Positions 29,680 to 38,590 of a stretch of DNA of 59,612 nucleotides are shown here, piece after piece. This stretch comes from Gemmatimonadales bacterium (lineage in GTDB: Bacteria > Gemmatimonadota > Gemmatimonadetes > Gemmatimonadales > GWC2-71-9). Position 1 is the stretch's first letter; the number at the start of each line of letters is the position of its first letter. The DNA lies in contig JACCRS010000052.1 in the NCBI GenBank assembly GCA_013813435.1, forward strand, positions 1-59,612, given 5' to 3'. A program made the position numbers and the translations under genes. The notes under the pieces are model-generated. The model worked only from the letters and a program-made list of their open reading frames with translations. It ran no database searches and had not been told where the DNA came from.

Positions 29680-30846
29680 CTAGGCAGGTTTTGCCACGGC
29701 AGAGAGGGCCTCGGCCAGCACCTGAAGAGTGCCGTCAATTACAGCCTGGTCATGCGCCAGTGAAACGAAGTTGTAGGCTGATCGCTTGAACAAAATCCCC
29801 GCGCGCGCACACTCCGCCGTGATGGCTTGCGAGACGTCTTGATCAGCATATTGGAGGAAGCACATTTCCGGGATGCCGCCCACATCCGTGATCAGCTGGG
29901 GATGTTCCCGCTGGAGGGCAGTGAGCCCTGCCAGGAGCAGGCCGCCGATCCGTCCGAGGTGCTGCGGCACACGGCGGGCTACCATCACGTCGAGGGTTGC
30001 ACGCGCGGCGGCGAGCGAAACGAACTCGGTAGCCAACGTGGAGGAAATCCAGGTGCGGGAAACTCCGGCCATTGCCTGCCTGCGCCCGCCAACGGCGGCC
30101 AGCGGAAAGCCGTTGGCGATAGCCTTTCCCATGACGATGAGGTCGGGCCGGATTCCGTACCGTTCGCAGGCCCCACCCACGGCGAGACGGCAGACGGTCT
30201 TGATTTCATCCACCACGAGGAGCGCGCCGGCCCGCTCGGTCTCTTCCCTGAGCACGGCGAGCCACTCGGGATCCGGCTCCCGGAGCACAATCGGCTCAAA
30301 CACAACTGCTGCCAGGCTGTCACCGGCGGCCCGGATGAGCTGTCGTGATGCCGCCGGGTCGTTAAAGGGAAGCTCAGCATAGAGCTCACGGGTGGAACCG
30401 GGGACGCCTTCCGCGGTTTGACACCAGTCGAGCCAACCGTGGTAGCCACAGCCGAGGATCCGGTCGCGCCCGGTGGCAACGCGCGCCAGGCGTATCGCGG
30501 CAGCCACTGCCTCGGCGCCGGTCTTGAGAAAGCGCACCTGCTCGACCCAGGGCATCAGCCGGCAAATCTGAGCAGCAACGTCTTCTTCCAGCACTGGGGG
30601 GAGCGGTCCGACTACGCCGTCGTGAATCGCCTGCGTGGCCGCACGGGTTACTTCGGGGTTCGCATACCCGAGCGCCACTGAGCCAAGCCCCATGATGTAG
30701 TCGGTATATTCGCGATTCTGCTCATCCCACACCTGGCAGCCCGAGGACCGCACAATACGGGAAGGTAGATCCGGCTGCTGCGCGCCGAAGACGCTCTCGG
30801 GGCGCTTGCTGCCGGTGGACGTGAAGCCTGCGACGTGCTGGTTCAA
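29680..30846 (-). CDS. class III PLP aminotransferase (glutamate-1-semialdehyde aminomutase-like)
   Basis: ..YIMGLGSVALGYANPEV.., ..LLVVDEIKT.. and the PLP-lysine block DLIVMGKAIANGFPLAAVGG. Confidence 0.85.
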   Translation of the reverse strand: MNQHVAGFTSTGSKRPESVFGAQQPDLPSRIVRSSGCQVWDEQNREYTDYIMGLGSVALGYANPEVTRAATQAIHDGVVGPLPPVLEEDVAAQICRLMPWVEQVRFLKTGAEAVAAAIRLARVATGRDRILGCGYHGWLDWCQTAEGVPGSTRELYAELPFNDPAASRQLIRAAGDSLAAVVFEPIVLREPDPEWLAVLREETERAGALLVVDEIKTVCRLAVGGACERYGIRPDLIVMGKAIANGFPLAAVGGRRQAMAGVSRTWISSTLATEFVSLAAARATLDVMVARRVPQHLGRIGGLLLAGLTALQREHPQLITDVGGIPEMCFLQYADQDVSQAITAECARAGILFKRSAYNFVSLAHDQAVIDGTLQVLAEALSAVAKPA

Positions 30847-30891
30847 GGGACCTCGCCGCCGCCCTGTGGGCGAACGTTTAGTGGTACAGCT

Positions 30892-33627
30892 TCAGCGCAA
30901 CTCGAGTCTGCCGAACCTGGCCGGATCCTGTCGGTCGCCCCGCAACCACACCCAGCCCCCACCACCGCTCCACACCAGCTGTCCCGCGCGTCTAAGACGT
31001 CCCGACTGCATCTCGTTCACCAGCAGATCGAACCCGATCTCGTCTCCGCGGCGCACGTTGCTCCACCCAGGAGGCCGGATGCCGAGTGTCAGCCGATACC
31101 CTCGAGCCGTGGCGGTCCAGCTTCCCTCTACCATCTCGGCCGAGCCGGCCGAGCCGGGAATACCCCGCGTGATCAGATTTCCACCTTCGGTGGACGGCAC
31201 CACCAGGAACGCGGTCCCGAGATCTTCCAGTGGAAGCTTCACGTAGACCTGGACCCCATCTGCATGGATCTCGTCAGGTTCGTTGTCAAGCCGAAGCGGC
31301 TGAGCTTTCGGGTCCCGGACAATCACCTCCGGCTTCACCACATCCACAGCCAGATACAGCGCCTCGTCGCTCCAGTTAACGGCGACGGTAGCGGAGAACT
31401 CCTCCGGGCCGGCGTAGGGTTCCTCGCTTCGGCGGTACTGGTCTTCGTGATCGAGTTGGAGTAGCTCCTCCTGCTCGAAGCCGTCGACAGTCCCATCCAG
31501 CGCGGGAGGACGCAGGATATGTTGCGCCCGGCCAGTGGCAACCAGCGGACGGTCATGACGGACCAGCGGCTCGAATGCTGGCGGGTTTCGGCGATTCCCC
31601 GCAAGCCTCTGGGTTCGGTCTACCGTCTGAATTTCCCAGCCTTCTGCGGTCGGCACGTGGCGGTCGACTCCGGCTCGGGTCTCAACCTCGATCGCTGCTC
31701 CGTTCAACCGAACCGCCCGCACCACCCTCTCGCCGGTGGTGGATTCCAGAACCGAGACCAGACGCAGATTCCTGCCCCGCGCCCGCATGATGTAGAACAT
31801 GGCGTGCTCCGTGGTTCCAGGCGCGCCTGGTGCTACCGCGCGGAGCAACTCTCCTTCGAAGACCAGGTGGAGGCTCATTGTTGCCTTGCTTCCCCGCGAG
31901 CGAAGCACGCGCCCTGTACCCGGCTCCACGGCCAGCCGTTCCATCTGGCGTACGAATTCGTCCGCCACCTCATCCGCCAGCCACTTGCCCGACGGCTCCA
32001 CTTCCACCTGGCCACTCAGGTGCCAGGGTAGCTCGAGAACTCGCTCCTCGGTACCGTTGAGCTCGACGATATCGAGGATATAATCCGGGCCCGCCACCAT
32101 TATGCGCGCCAGCTGTCCGTATCGTCCCCGAGCCCAGGCCCATCGGCCGCTCTCGTCGAAGTTATCACAGACCGCGTCGCCGAGCCGCTGCGAGGCGCCG
32201 TCGAGTCGCGGTGCGTTATGAGCCAGCGTGGAGCGATACCAGTAAAGATCCCGGGCCACGTACGACCCGGTACCGAAGTCGGGTAACCAGTACTCGCCAT
32301 CGGCATGGACGATGAGATTCAGCCGGTCGGGATGGCCGTGGCCGCCACCGAACCGGCCGCACTCCAGACTGGCGTACCGGTTTCCCTCCCGCAGTATGGC
32401 GAGCCCCTGTCCCTCCACGAAGGTACTCCTGGGAGTCCATGCCGGCGGGTCCGACGGAAATGAGGGTACCATCTCGAGCAACGCCCACCATGACAGATCG
32501 GCCCGGGTGCGCTGCTCAGGATCCGGCTCGCCGGCCTCGTGCAGATACGAGTCGAAGGTCTGAGCCTTCGGTGCCGGCGTCTGGTACAGCTGCCGGAGCC
32601 AACTCCAAAGGTCGCTATTCGGATCACCGGTCGCGGTCACTCGCGCCAGCCCGATCTCCCAAAGCTCGAGGTACATCGGCTGCGCCAGTGACACTCCGAA
32701 GCGCGAGTCCTTCCGAGCCGGGAACGTCGAGTCGGGTAACGCCGTAGTCGCGGGAGCGCGTAGCGCGTGAGCCAGCCGGTCAGCGAGGCGCTGGTCGGCC
32801 AGGAGATCGACGCCGGCCAAGCGCGCCCACCACATCGCCAGCATCTGACCCCTGAGTGCAAATAGGTGGTAGTTGTCTCCCTCGTACCACATTCCGTCTT
32901 CGCCGAACCCCTGAAGGAGATGGGTGACGATGCCGCTGGGCCCCCCGATAGCCCGCGACGCCAGCTCCTCGTCCTCGAACCACACTGCGATGCTCGCCAG
33001 GGCGGCGTTGTGCCAGGTCTGCCGGTTGGAGAGTCCCTCGTCGAACTCCCCGATGACGTTGGCGGCTTCATCAGCCACCATCGCGACCACCTCCGCGGTG
33101 GCGTCCTCCAGCAGACCTCCCTCGCGGAGCAACATTGCCGCGGCGAGATAGTTGCCGATCCAGATCGATTCGAGATAGGTGGAGAAGAACAGGTGGCTGG
33201 GCCCGAGGACATTGTCACGGTTGGGATAGTCGGGGTAGCCGCGATACCCCCGGAGCAGCTGGTTGGCGCCGCGGGCCGCGTCGTCACGTCCCGCAAACGC
33301 CGCTACGGCCGCCAGGTGGGCCGCGCGTTCGGCCAGCCACAGGTGCTGGTAGTGCGCCCAGGCACGGTCGTGGCGCTCTCCACCAAACAGTCTCGAGCAG
33401 CGGGGACAGCGGTGCTCGGCCGGACTCCAGGGGTCGAACTCCAGGCGGGTGCCGTCGTCGGGGCACACGCCGCCGTCAACCGTGAGCAGTGCCTTGTGTC
33501 GGGGGACCGGAGGCATTCGTTGGAGCACCGGCGCGGCGCGGGCAACCAGCCGATCCAGCAGTTGGGCCAGCTCCGGAGCTGCCGCGATACCGCTGCGACG
33601 CAGGTTCAGCTCTTCGGCTGTCAGCAC
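30892..33627 (-). CDS. heparinase II/III-like protein with N-terminal Cys4 knuckle and C-terminal beta-sandwich (CBM9/DOMON-style, tentative)
   Basis: Start placed at GTG 33627 (VLTAEELNLRR..), overlapping the kinase stop by 7 nt. The track start at 33735 overlaps by 115 nt. Has GGVCPDDG..HRCPRCS, an alpha/alpha-toroid-like middle (..FFSTYLESIWIGNYLAAAMLL..), ..GGGHGHPDRLNL.. typical of the heparinase II/III C-domain, and a tail ..ATVAVNWSDEALYLAVDV..HADGVQVY.. Confidence 0.7.
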   Translation of the reverse strand: MLTAEELNLRRSGIAAAPELAQLLDRLVARAAPVLQRMPPVPRHKALLTVDGGVCPDDGTRLEFDPWSPAEHRCPRCSRLFGGERHDRAWAHYQHLWLAERAAHLAAVAAFAGRDDAARGANQLLRGYRGYPDYPNRDNVLGPSHLFFSTYLESIWIGNYLAAAMLLREGGLLEDATAEVVAMVADEAANVIGEFDEGLSNRQTWHNAALASIAVWFEDEELASRAIGGPSGIVTHLLQGFGEDGMWYEGDNYHLFALRGQMLAMWWARLAGVDLLADQRLADRLAHALRAPATTALPDSTFPARKDSRFGVSLAQPMYLELWEIGLARVTATGDPNSDLWSWLRQLYQTPAPKAQTFDSYLHEAGEPDPEQRTRADLSWWALLEMVPSFPSDPPAWTPRSTFVEGQGLAILREGNRYASLECGRFGGGHGHPDRLNLIVHADGEYWLPDFGTGSYVARDLYWYRSTLAHNAPRLDGASQRLGDAVCDNFDESGRWAWARGRYGQLARIMVAGPDYILDIVELNGTEERVLELPWHLSGQVEVEPSGKWLADEVADEFVRQMERLAVEPGTGRVLRSRGSKATMSLHLVFEGELLRAVAPGAPGTTEHAMFYIMRARGRNLRLVSVLESTTGERVVRAVRLNGAAIEVETRAGVDRHVPTAEGWEIQTVDRTQRLAGNRRNPPAFEPLVRHDRPLVATGRAQHILRPPALDGTVDGFEQEELLQLDHEDQYRRSEEPYAGPEEFSATVAVNWSDEALYLAVDVVKPEVIVRDPKAQPLRLDNEPDEIHADGVQVYVKLPLEDLGTAFLVVPSTEGGNLITRGIPGSAGSAEMVEGSWTATARGYRLTLGIRPPGWSNVRRGDEIGFDLLVNEMQSGRLRRAGQLVWSGGGGWVWLRGDRQDPARFGRLELR

Positions 33628-34652
33628 GGCCGGACCCCGTACATGGCCCAGCGGACCGGCAGCAGTGTAGCACCGCAGCTTCGGGCGGCTTCCAGGACCT
33701 GGCCAGGATCGTCCGGCGCAAGGAAGAACATGCACCCGCCCGCTCCGGAGCCCGCGGCCTTGCCACCAAGCGCTCCCGCGGCGGTCACTGCGCGCTCCAG
33801 CCGTGCCATCTCTTCAGTGCGCATGTGAGGATCCAGCGCCTGCTGGTGGATCCAGTTCTCACTCAGCAGCCGGCCGACCAGCGCGAAGTCGGCGGAGGAA
33901 AGCGCGGCCTCCATGGACTCGGCCACGGAGCGGAGGCCATGCAGGGCGCGGGCTACATCAGGTTCTCCCCGATCGTAAGCGCGCATCACGCGATCGATAG
34001 TACTGCCGGAGAAGCGCGAGGCGCTGGTGTAACACAGCACCATCCTGCGGCCGAGTTCATCACTGAACCCGGGGTCCAGCTTCACCCGCCGCAGCTCCGA
34101 ATCGGGGTCTTTGAAGTCGAGACGCAGAAACCCGCCGTGTGATGACGCAAATTGATCCTGACGTCCCCCAGGGATGCCGGCTTCCACCGACTCGAGGTGA
34201 TACGCGCGTTCGGCTATCTCCACCGGGTCGGGACTCTCGCCACGGGCAGCTGACAGAGCGGCTACGAGCGCTACATCGAGCGCACCGGAGCTGCCGAGGC
34301 CGGACCCGGGGGGCGCATCGGAACGGGTGGTAAGAGTGCATGCACCCACCGGCAGAATCCGGAGGGAGGCCTTGAGGAGCTCCAAGCGGCCGTCCCTGAT
34401 CAATCCGGCCGAATCGAGTATCTGGAGCTCGTCGCCGAGCTCTTCCGACACCAGCCGGATTCCGCTTCCACCAAGACGCACCTCGGCCCGCGCGAACAGC
34501 CGGATGGCAGCGGTCACCACCACACCACCCTCGCGCTCGGAGAATGGTGGAACATCGGTCCACCCGCCAGCAAGGTCGAGGCGCACCGGCGCTGCGGCGC
34601 TGAAGGCCGGCCGGGGGTTCGGTGGGGCGCCGCTCAATGGGCCACCCACCAA
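33621..34652 (-). CDS. GHMP-family sugar kinase (HddA/fucokinase-like)
   Basis: APVRLDLAGGWTDVPPF, PPGSGLGSSGALDVALVAAL (the GHMP ATP motif) and GIPGGRQDQF. TTG/GTG start overlaps the upstream stop. Confidence 0.8.
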   Translation of the reverse strand: MVGGPLSGAPPNPRPAFSAAAPVRLDLAGGWTDVPPFSEREGGVVVTAAIRLFARAEVRLGGSGIRLVSEELGDELQILDSAGLIRDGRLELLKASLRILPVGACTLTTRSDAPPGSGLGSSGALDVALVAALSAARGESPDPVEIAERAYHLESVEAGIPGGRQDQFASSHGGFLRLDFKDPDSELRRVKLDPGFSDELGRRMVLCYTSASRFSGSTIDRVMRAYDRGEPDVARALHGLRSVAESMEAALSSADFALVGRLLSENWIHQQALDPHMRTEEMARLERAVTAAGALGGKAAGSGAGGCMFFLAPDDPGQVLEAARSCGATLLPVRWAMYGVRPC

Positions 34653-36058
34653 TCATGCACCGTTGGCAGCTCTCCCCGCAGATCCATCGTAACGCCACGC
34701 ACCCGCCGGTTCATCCCTTGAACGCCGCGAGAGTGGTAGAGAAATGCTACCGGAGTTGAATCGGCGAACATCCTCTGAGCCGCCAGGGGGTCGGCCGGAG
34801 CGTCGAAGCCGCTGAGCGCGGCAAGGGGCGCCAGATACCCCAGCCCTGGATCACCGGGGATGCCCAGCACAGCGGCTTCGAAGTTTGGCACCCTGCCGTA
34901 CACCCGCCCCAGAAATGCGGAGAGCTCGAGCTGCCGGATGGTGATGTCGAACCCCGCCGGCCGGAGACGGGCCTGCAGCATCTGCTCCAGGGCTGCTTCG
35001 CCGCTGCCCACGGTCAGCAGCTCGAACCGTACTGGTCCGGTGGCAGCCCCGGAGCTATGCGCCCCTGCAGCGACCGGAAGGTATCCGGGAGCCGTCGGGG
35101 GCACCGGCCCGAGCGCTGGGGTTCCGAATCCGTAGATGTATCCATCGACAAGCTCCTGGCGGTCGATCGCATCGCTGACCCTGCGCCGGGTCTCGTGGCG
35201 GTCGAACGGGGACCGGCGAGAATTGAACACAATCCCTTCAGTCCATAGCAGTGGAAAGCTCACCACCGCAAGATTGGAGTCACGACGCACGAACTCGACA
35301 TGGGCCGGCTGGATGCCGGCGAAGTCCAGCTCACCCGATGTGAGCGCCGCCAGCTTTGTTGTCGGCTCATCCACCACAACTACGATCAACCGTCGCAGGC
35401 GGGGCGGCCCCCCCAGCGCCGCTGGGAAGTCAGGATTTGCCGCGAAGACCCAGCGCCGATTCGGCTCATGAGCCACGAATCGAAACGGGCCGTTACCCAC
35501 CGGAGCGCGGTTCCAGGCTGCCTGCCGCAAGTCCGCCGGGGATACCCCACGGAAGAGGTGGGCCGGCAAGATAGCGAGATCGGTGAGGACGTCGGGGAAA
35601 CGCAACTGCGGCTGATCGAACCTGAGCAGAACGGTAGAGTCGTCCAGTACCAGTGCCGAGTCGAGGGCCGCCAGCTCGCGGCCACGGGGATACCCGGTAG
35701 CGGGGTTCCGGGCAGTGTGCAGGGTCCACGCCACGTCAGGTGCGGTGGTGGAGAGCCCGTCGTGCCACCGGACGGCGGTCTCCAGGTGCAAGGTGAGCTG
35801 GCGGCGGTCGTGCGACCAGTCCCAGGAACGGGCGAGGTACGGCTTCGGACTCAGAGCACTGTCGTACCGCGCGAGCGTGGTGAGCAGGACATAGCGCTGC
35901 ACCTGGCGGGCGAGTGGGTGGTTGGTGAGCAGCGGATTGATGCTCTGAAGATCCGCGCCGGACGCGAAGAGCACGGTATCGCCTCGCCGGTTTGCGTCAG
36001 AGCCGCAAGCGGAGACCACAACCGGAACCAGAATGATTAGGTGTCGTGTCCGAAGCAC
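34634..36058 (-). CDS. ABC transporter substrate-binding lipoprotein, family 5 (peptide/oligosaccharide/nickel type)
   Basis: GTG start and lipobox VPVVVSACGS. Family-5 style blocks (..FASGADLQSINPLL.., ..WHDGLSTTAPDVAWTL.., ..GNGPFRFV..). Confidence 0.85.
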   Translation of the reverse strand: MLRTRHLIILVPVVVSACGSDANRRGDTVLFASGADLQSINPLLTNHPLARQVQRYVLLTTLARYDSALSPKPYLARSWDWSHDRRQLTLHLETAVRWHDGLSTTAPDVAWTLHTARNPATGYPRGRELAALDSALVLDDSTVLLRFDQPQLRFPDVLTDLAILPAHLFRGVSPADLRQAAWNRAPVGNGPFRFVAHEPNRRWVFAANPDFPAALGGPPRLRRLIVVVVDEPTTKLAALTSGELDFAGIQPAHVEFVRRDSNLAVVSFPLLWTEGIVFNSRRSPFDRHETRRRVSDAIDRQELVDGYIYGFGTPALGPVPPTAPGYLPVAAGAHSSGAATGPVRFELLTVGSGEAALEQMLQARLRPAGFDITIRQLELSAFLGRVYGRVPNFEAAVLGIPGDPGLGYLAPLAALSGFDAPADPLAAQRMFADSTPVAFLYHSRGVQGMNRRVRGVTMDLRGELPTVHDWWVAH

Positions 36059-36127
36059 AGCGAAGTTTATCTCCCCGGCGGCACAAGGTGCAGCGGTGTT
36101 GTCGGCCCCATCGTTTACATTCTACGC

Positions 36128-37111
36128 ATGCTTCGAACATTCGTCCGACGGGCGCTGGCCGGCATGGCCGTCGTCATGGGCGTCGTGACCCTCATGTTCT
36201 TCCTCATCCGGATGGCCCCCGGCGATCCCGCGCTGCTGCTGGTAGGGCCCACCGCAACACCAGAGCAGCTCGTCGCCCAACGTGAAGCGCTTGGCCTCGA
36301 CCGGCCTCTGCCGGATCAGTACGCCACCTGGCTGAGCCGCTTTTTACGGGGTGATTGGGGCAGCAGCATCGCCACGGGGCGGCCAGTGCGGGCAATGGTC
36401 TCGGCCGCCTGGCCCGCCACCGTGAGCCTGGTGGGCCTGTCACTGGTTCTGAGTTACGTCATCGGCATTATCGTGGGAGCCATCCAAGCGACCCGGGGCG
36501 GCCGTCTCGATACCACGCTATCCGTGGTCACGGTCACCCTCTTTGCTGTGCCGGGCTACTGGCTGGGTCTCATGCTGGTAATGGTCTTCACCTACTGGAT
36601 GCGCGCGCTGCCGGCCTTTGGCGCCGCAGGTTTGGACGCGGACTTCCTTACCGGCTGGGACCGGGTAGCTGACCGGCTTCGGCACCTTGCTCTCCCCCTC
36701 ACAACCCTCACCCTCATCGGTCTCGGAGGAACCGCACGGTACGTACGCGGCGCAATGCTGGACGTGCGGAACGCTCCCCATGTCGCGATTGCCCGGGCCA
36801 AGGGCTTGTCTCCTCTGCAGGTCGTCGTGCGGCACGTGCTCCGCAATGCTTTGGTTCCGGTGCTCACTTTGCTCGGCCTGTCCCTCCCGGCGCTTTTTTC
36901 CGGGGCGGTGTTCATCGAAGCCATATTCGCCTGGCCGGGCGTTGGCCGGATCATGGTCGAGGCAGTGGGGGCACGAGACTACCCGGTGATCATGGCGGCC
37001 ACCGCGGTAAGCGCCACATTGGTTGTTCTCGGTAACCTCATGGCTGAAGCACTGACCGCGTGGGCCGATCCGAGGCTGAGAGCGGCAGAGCCTTCGGCCG
37101 GCGCAGCATAG
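36128..37111 (+). CDS. ABC transporter permease (DppB/OppB-like)
   Basis: Start placed at ATG 36128 (MLRTFVRRALAGMAVVMGVVTLMFFLIRMAPGDP, the classic OppB N-terminus). Six TM segments. EAA-loop region ..ARAKGLSPLQVVVRHVLRNAL.. Confidence 0.9.
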   Translation: MLRTFVRRALAGMAVVMGVVTLMFFLIRMAPGDPALLLVGPTATPEQLVAQREALGLDRPLPDQYATWLSRFLRGDWGSSIATGRPVRAMVSAAWPATVSLVGLSLVLSYVIGIIVGAIQATRGGRLDTTLSVVTVTLFAVPGYWLGLMLVMVFTYWMRALPAFGAAGLDADFLTGWDRVADRLRHLALPLTTLTLIGLGGTARYVRGAMLDVRNAPHVAIARAKGLSPLQVVVRHVLRNALVPVLTLLGLSLPALFSGAVFIEAIFAWPGVGRIMVEAVGARDYPVIMAATAVSATLVVLGNLMAEALTAWADPRLRAAEPSAGAA

Positions 37112-37981
37112 ATGGAAAAGCACTGGCTGCTGCGAGCCCGCGACAGCTCTTTCCTGCGCGACCCGCGAGCCCGCTTCGGTATGGCGGTGCTCCTGCTTGC
37201 CCTGCTCCTGGCACTGTGCGCGCCGCTGGTTGCCGTAGATCCCTCGCTCCAGCGCGATATCGTGGCCACCCGCTTTCTGCCGCCGCTCAGCACTGACCAG
37301 CACGGCACCTTCCATCTGCTCGGCACCGACCGCTTCGGACGAGACGTATGGGCCCGGCTGGTGTTCGGTGCGCGGGTGTCGCTCGGCGTCGGGCTCCTGG
37401 CCGTGCTGCTTTCGGTTGCGATCGGGCTGGCCGTCGGCGCAGCTGCTGGATTCTGGCAAGGTAGGGTAGGCATCACGCTGCTGGGGCTCACCGATTTTGC
37501 CCTGGCCCTGCCCCGGGTGGTGCTCCTGCTGCTGCTCGCTTCACTATGGCAGCCGAGCGCGGCGCTGGTGATCATGGTGCTGGGGCTCACCGGTTGGATG
37601 ACCATCGCACGCCTGGTCCACAGCGAGGTCCGCACCCTGGCCGCACGGCCATTCGTGGAGAGCGCGGTGGCCCTCGGCGTGAGAGGGCCCCGCGTTCTGG
37701 TGCGCCACATCCTGCCTAACGCCTTGACTCCCGTCATAGTAGCTGCGGCGCTTGGGGTGGGGAACGCCATCATGCTCGAAGCGGGACTTTCCTTTCTTGG
37801 CCTTGGCGTGCAGCCGCCCACACCTTCCTGGGGAAACCTGATTGCTTCCGGGCGGGATACGCTGGTCAATGCGCCCTGGGTGGCTACCGCGCCGGGAGTG
37901 GCGCTGGTGTTGGTAGTAGTTGCCGCGACGCTACTGGGAGATGCGGTGCGGGACCGGCTGGATCCGGCTCAGAGGCGGTAA
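37112..37981 (+). CDS. ABC transporter permease (DppC/OppC-like)
   Basis: ATG directly after the upstream TAG. HLLGTDRFGRDVWARL motif and ..ESAVALGVRGPRVLVRHILPNAL.. Confidence 0.9.
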   Translation: MEKHWLLRARDSSFLRDPRARFGMAVLLLALLLALCAPLVAVDPSLQRDIVATRFLPPLSTDQHGTFHLLGTDRFGRDVWARLVFGARVSLGVGLLAVLLSVAIGLAVGAAAGFWQGRVGITLLGLTDFALALPRVVLLLLLASLWQPSAALVIMVLGLTGWMTIARLVHSEVRTLAARPFVESAVALGVRGPRVLVRHILPNALTPVIVAAALGVGNAIMLEAGLSFLGLGVQPPTPSWGNLIASGRDTLVNAPWVATAPGVALVLVVVAATLLGDAVRDRLDPAQRR

Positions 37982-38089
37982 GCGGGCCGGCGCGGCAGGA
38001 TAAAAACTGGGTTTCTCTTGGCCGAGGCGAGTGTTCCAAGCCAACCGGCACCGAGAGGCCGTATGCTCAAGCCTTCCCCGCTTCCGGCC

Positions 38090-38590
38090 TCACCGCCCGG
38101 TCCAACGATCTGAGCCCAGCACCTCGTCGATTCTCTGCTCCATAACCATGAGGGCGCCGGGCACTCCGCCACATCCGTAGTCGTGCTCGATCCGTTTGGT
38201 GCGCCCTCGGAAAGTGGCCGAGCTGATGGCGGAAGGAGAATCGGTGGAGTAGCGCCGGCAGGTGGGCTCCGACAATGCGTACCGCTCGGCGAAAGTGAAG
38301 TACCCCGCCCGCTCGAGCTCGATCAGCAGAGCCTCGACCCGTCGGGCCGGAATCTGGCCGACAGCCGTTCCGACCAACCGTACGTTGGCCCTCCCCTCGT
38401 ACTTCACCTCACCGGAAGGCGATACCGAGATCGCGTAGACCGGGCAGCTCCCGAAGCAGGGAGTGCGCTCCAGGCTGATGGCCATTTCGGAAGCCGCCAC
38501 CGACTGGTTGGACCGCTCTACCGGTGCCGCCTCGCGGCGCGAGGTGCAGGCGGCGAGCGCGAGCATCAGGGTTGTACCCAGGGACTGCAT
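38090..38590 (-). CDS. DUF6438-like lipoprotein
   Basis: Lipobox LMLALAACTS and the CFGSCPVY motif with ..VKYEGRANV.. The start shares one base with the upstream stop (TAATG). Confidence 0.65.
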   Translation of the reverse strand: MQSLGTTLMLALAACTSRREAAPVERSNQSVAASEMAISLERTPCFGSCPVYAISVSPSGEVKYEGRANVRLVGTAVGQIPARRVEALLIELERAGYFTFAERYALSEPTCRRYSTDSPSAISSATFRGRTKRIEHDYGCGGVPGALMVMEQRIDEVLGSDRWTGR

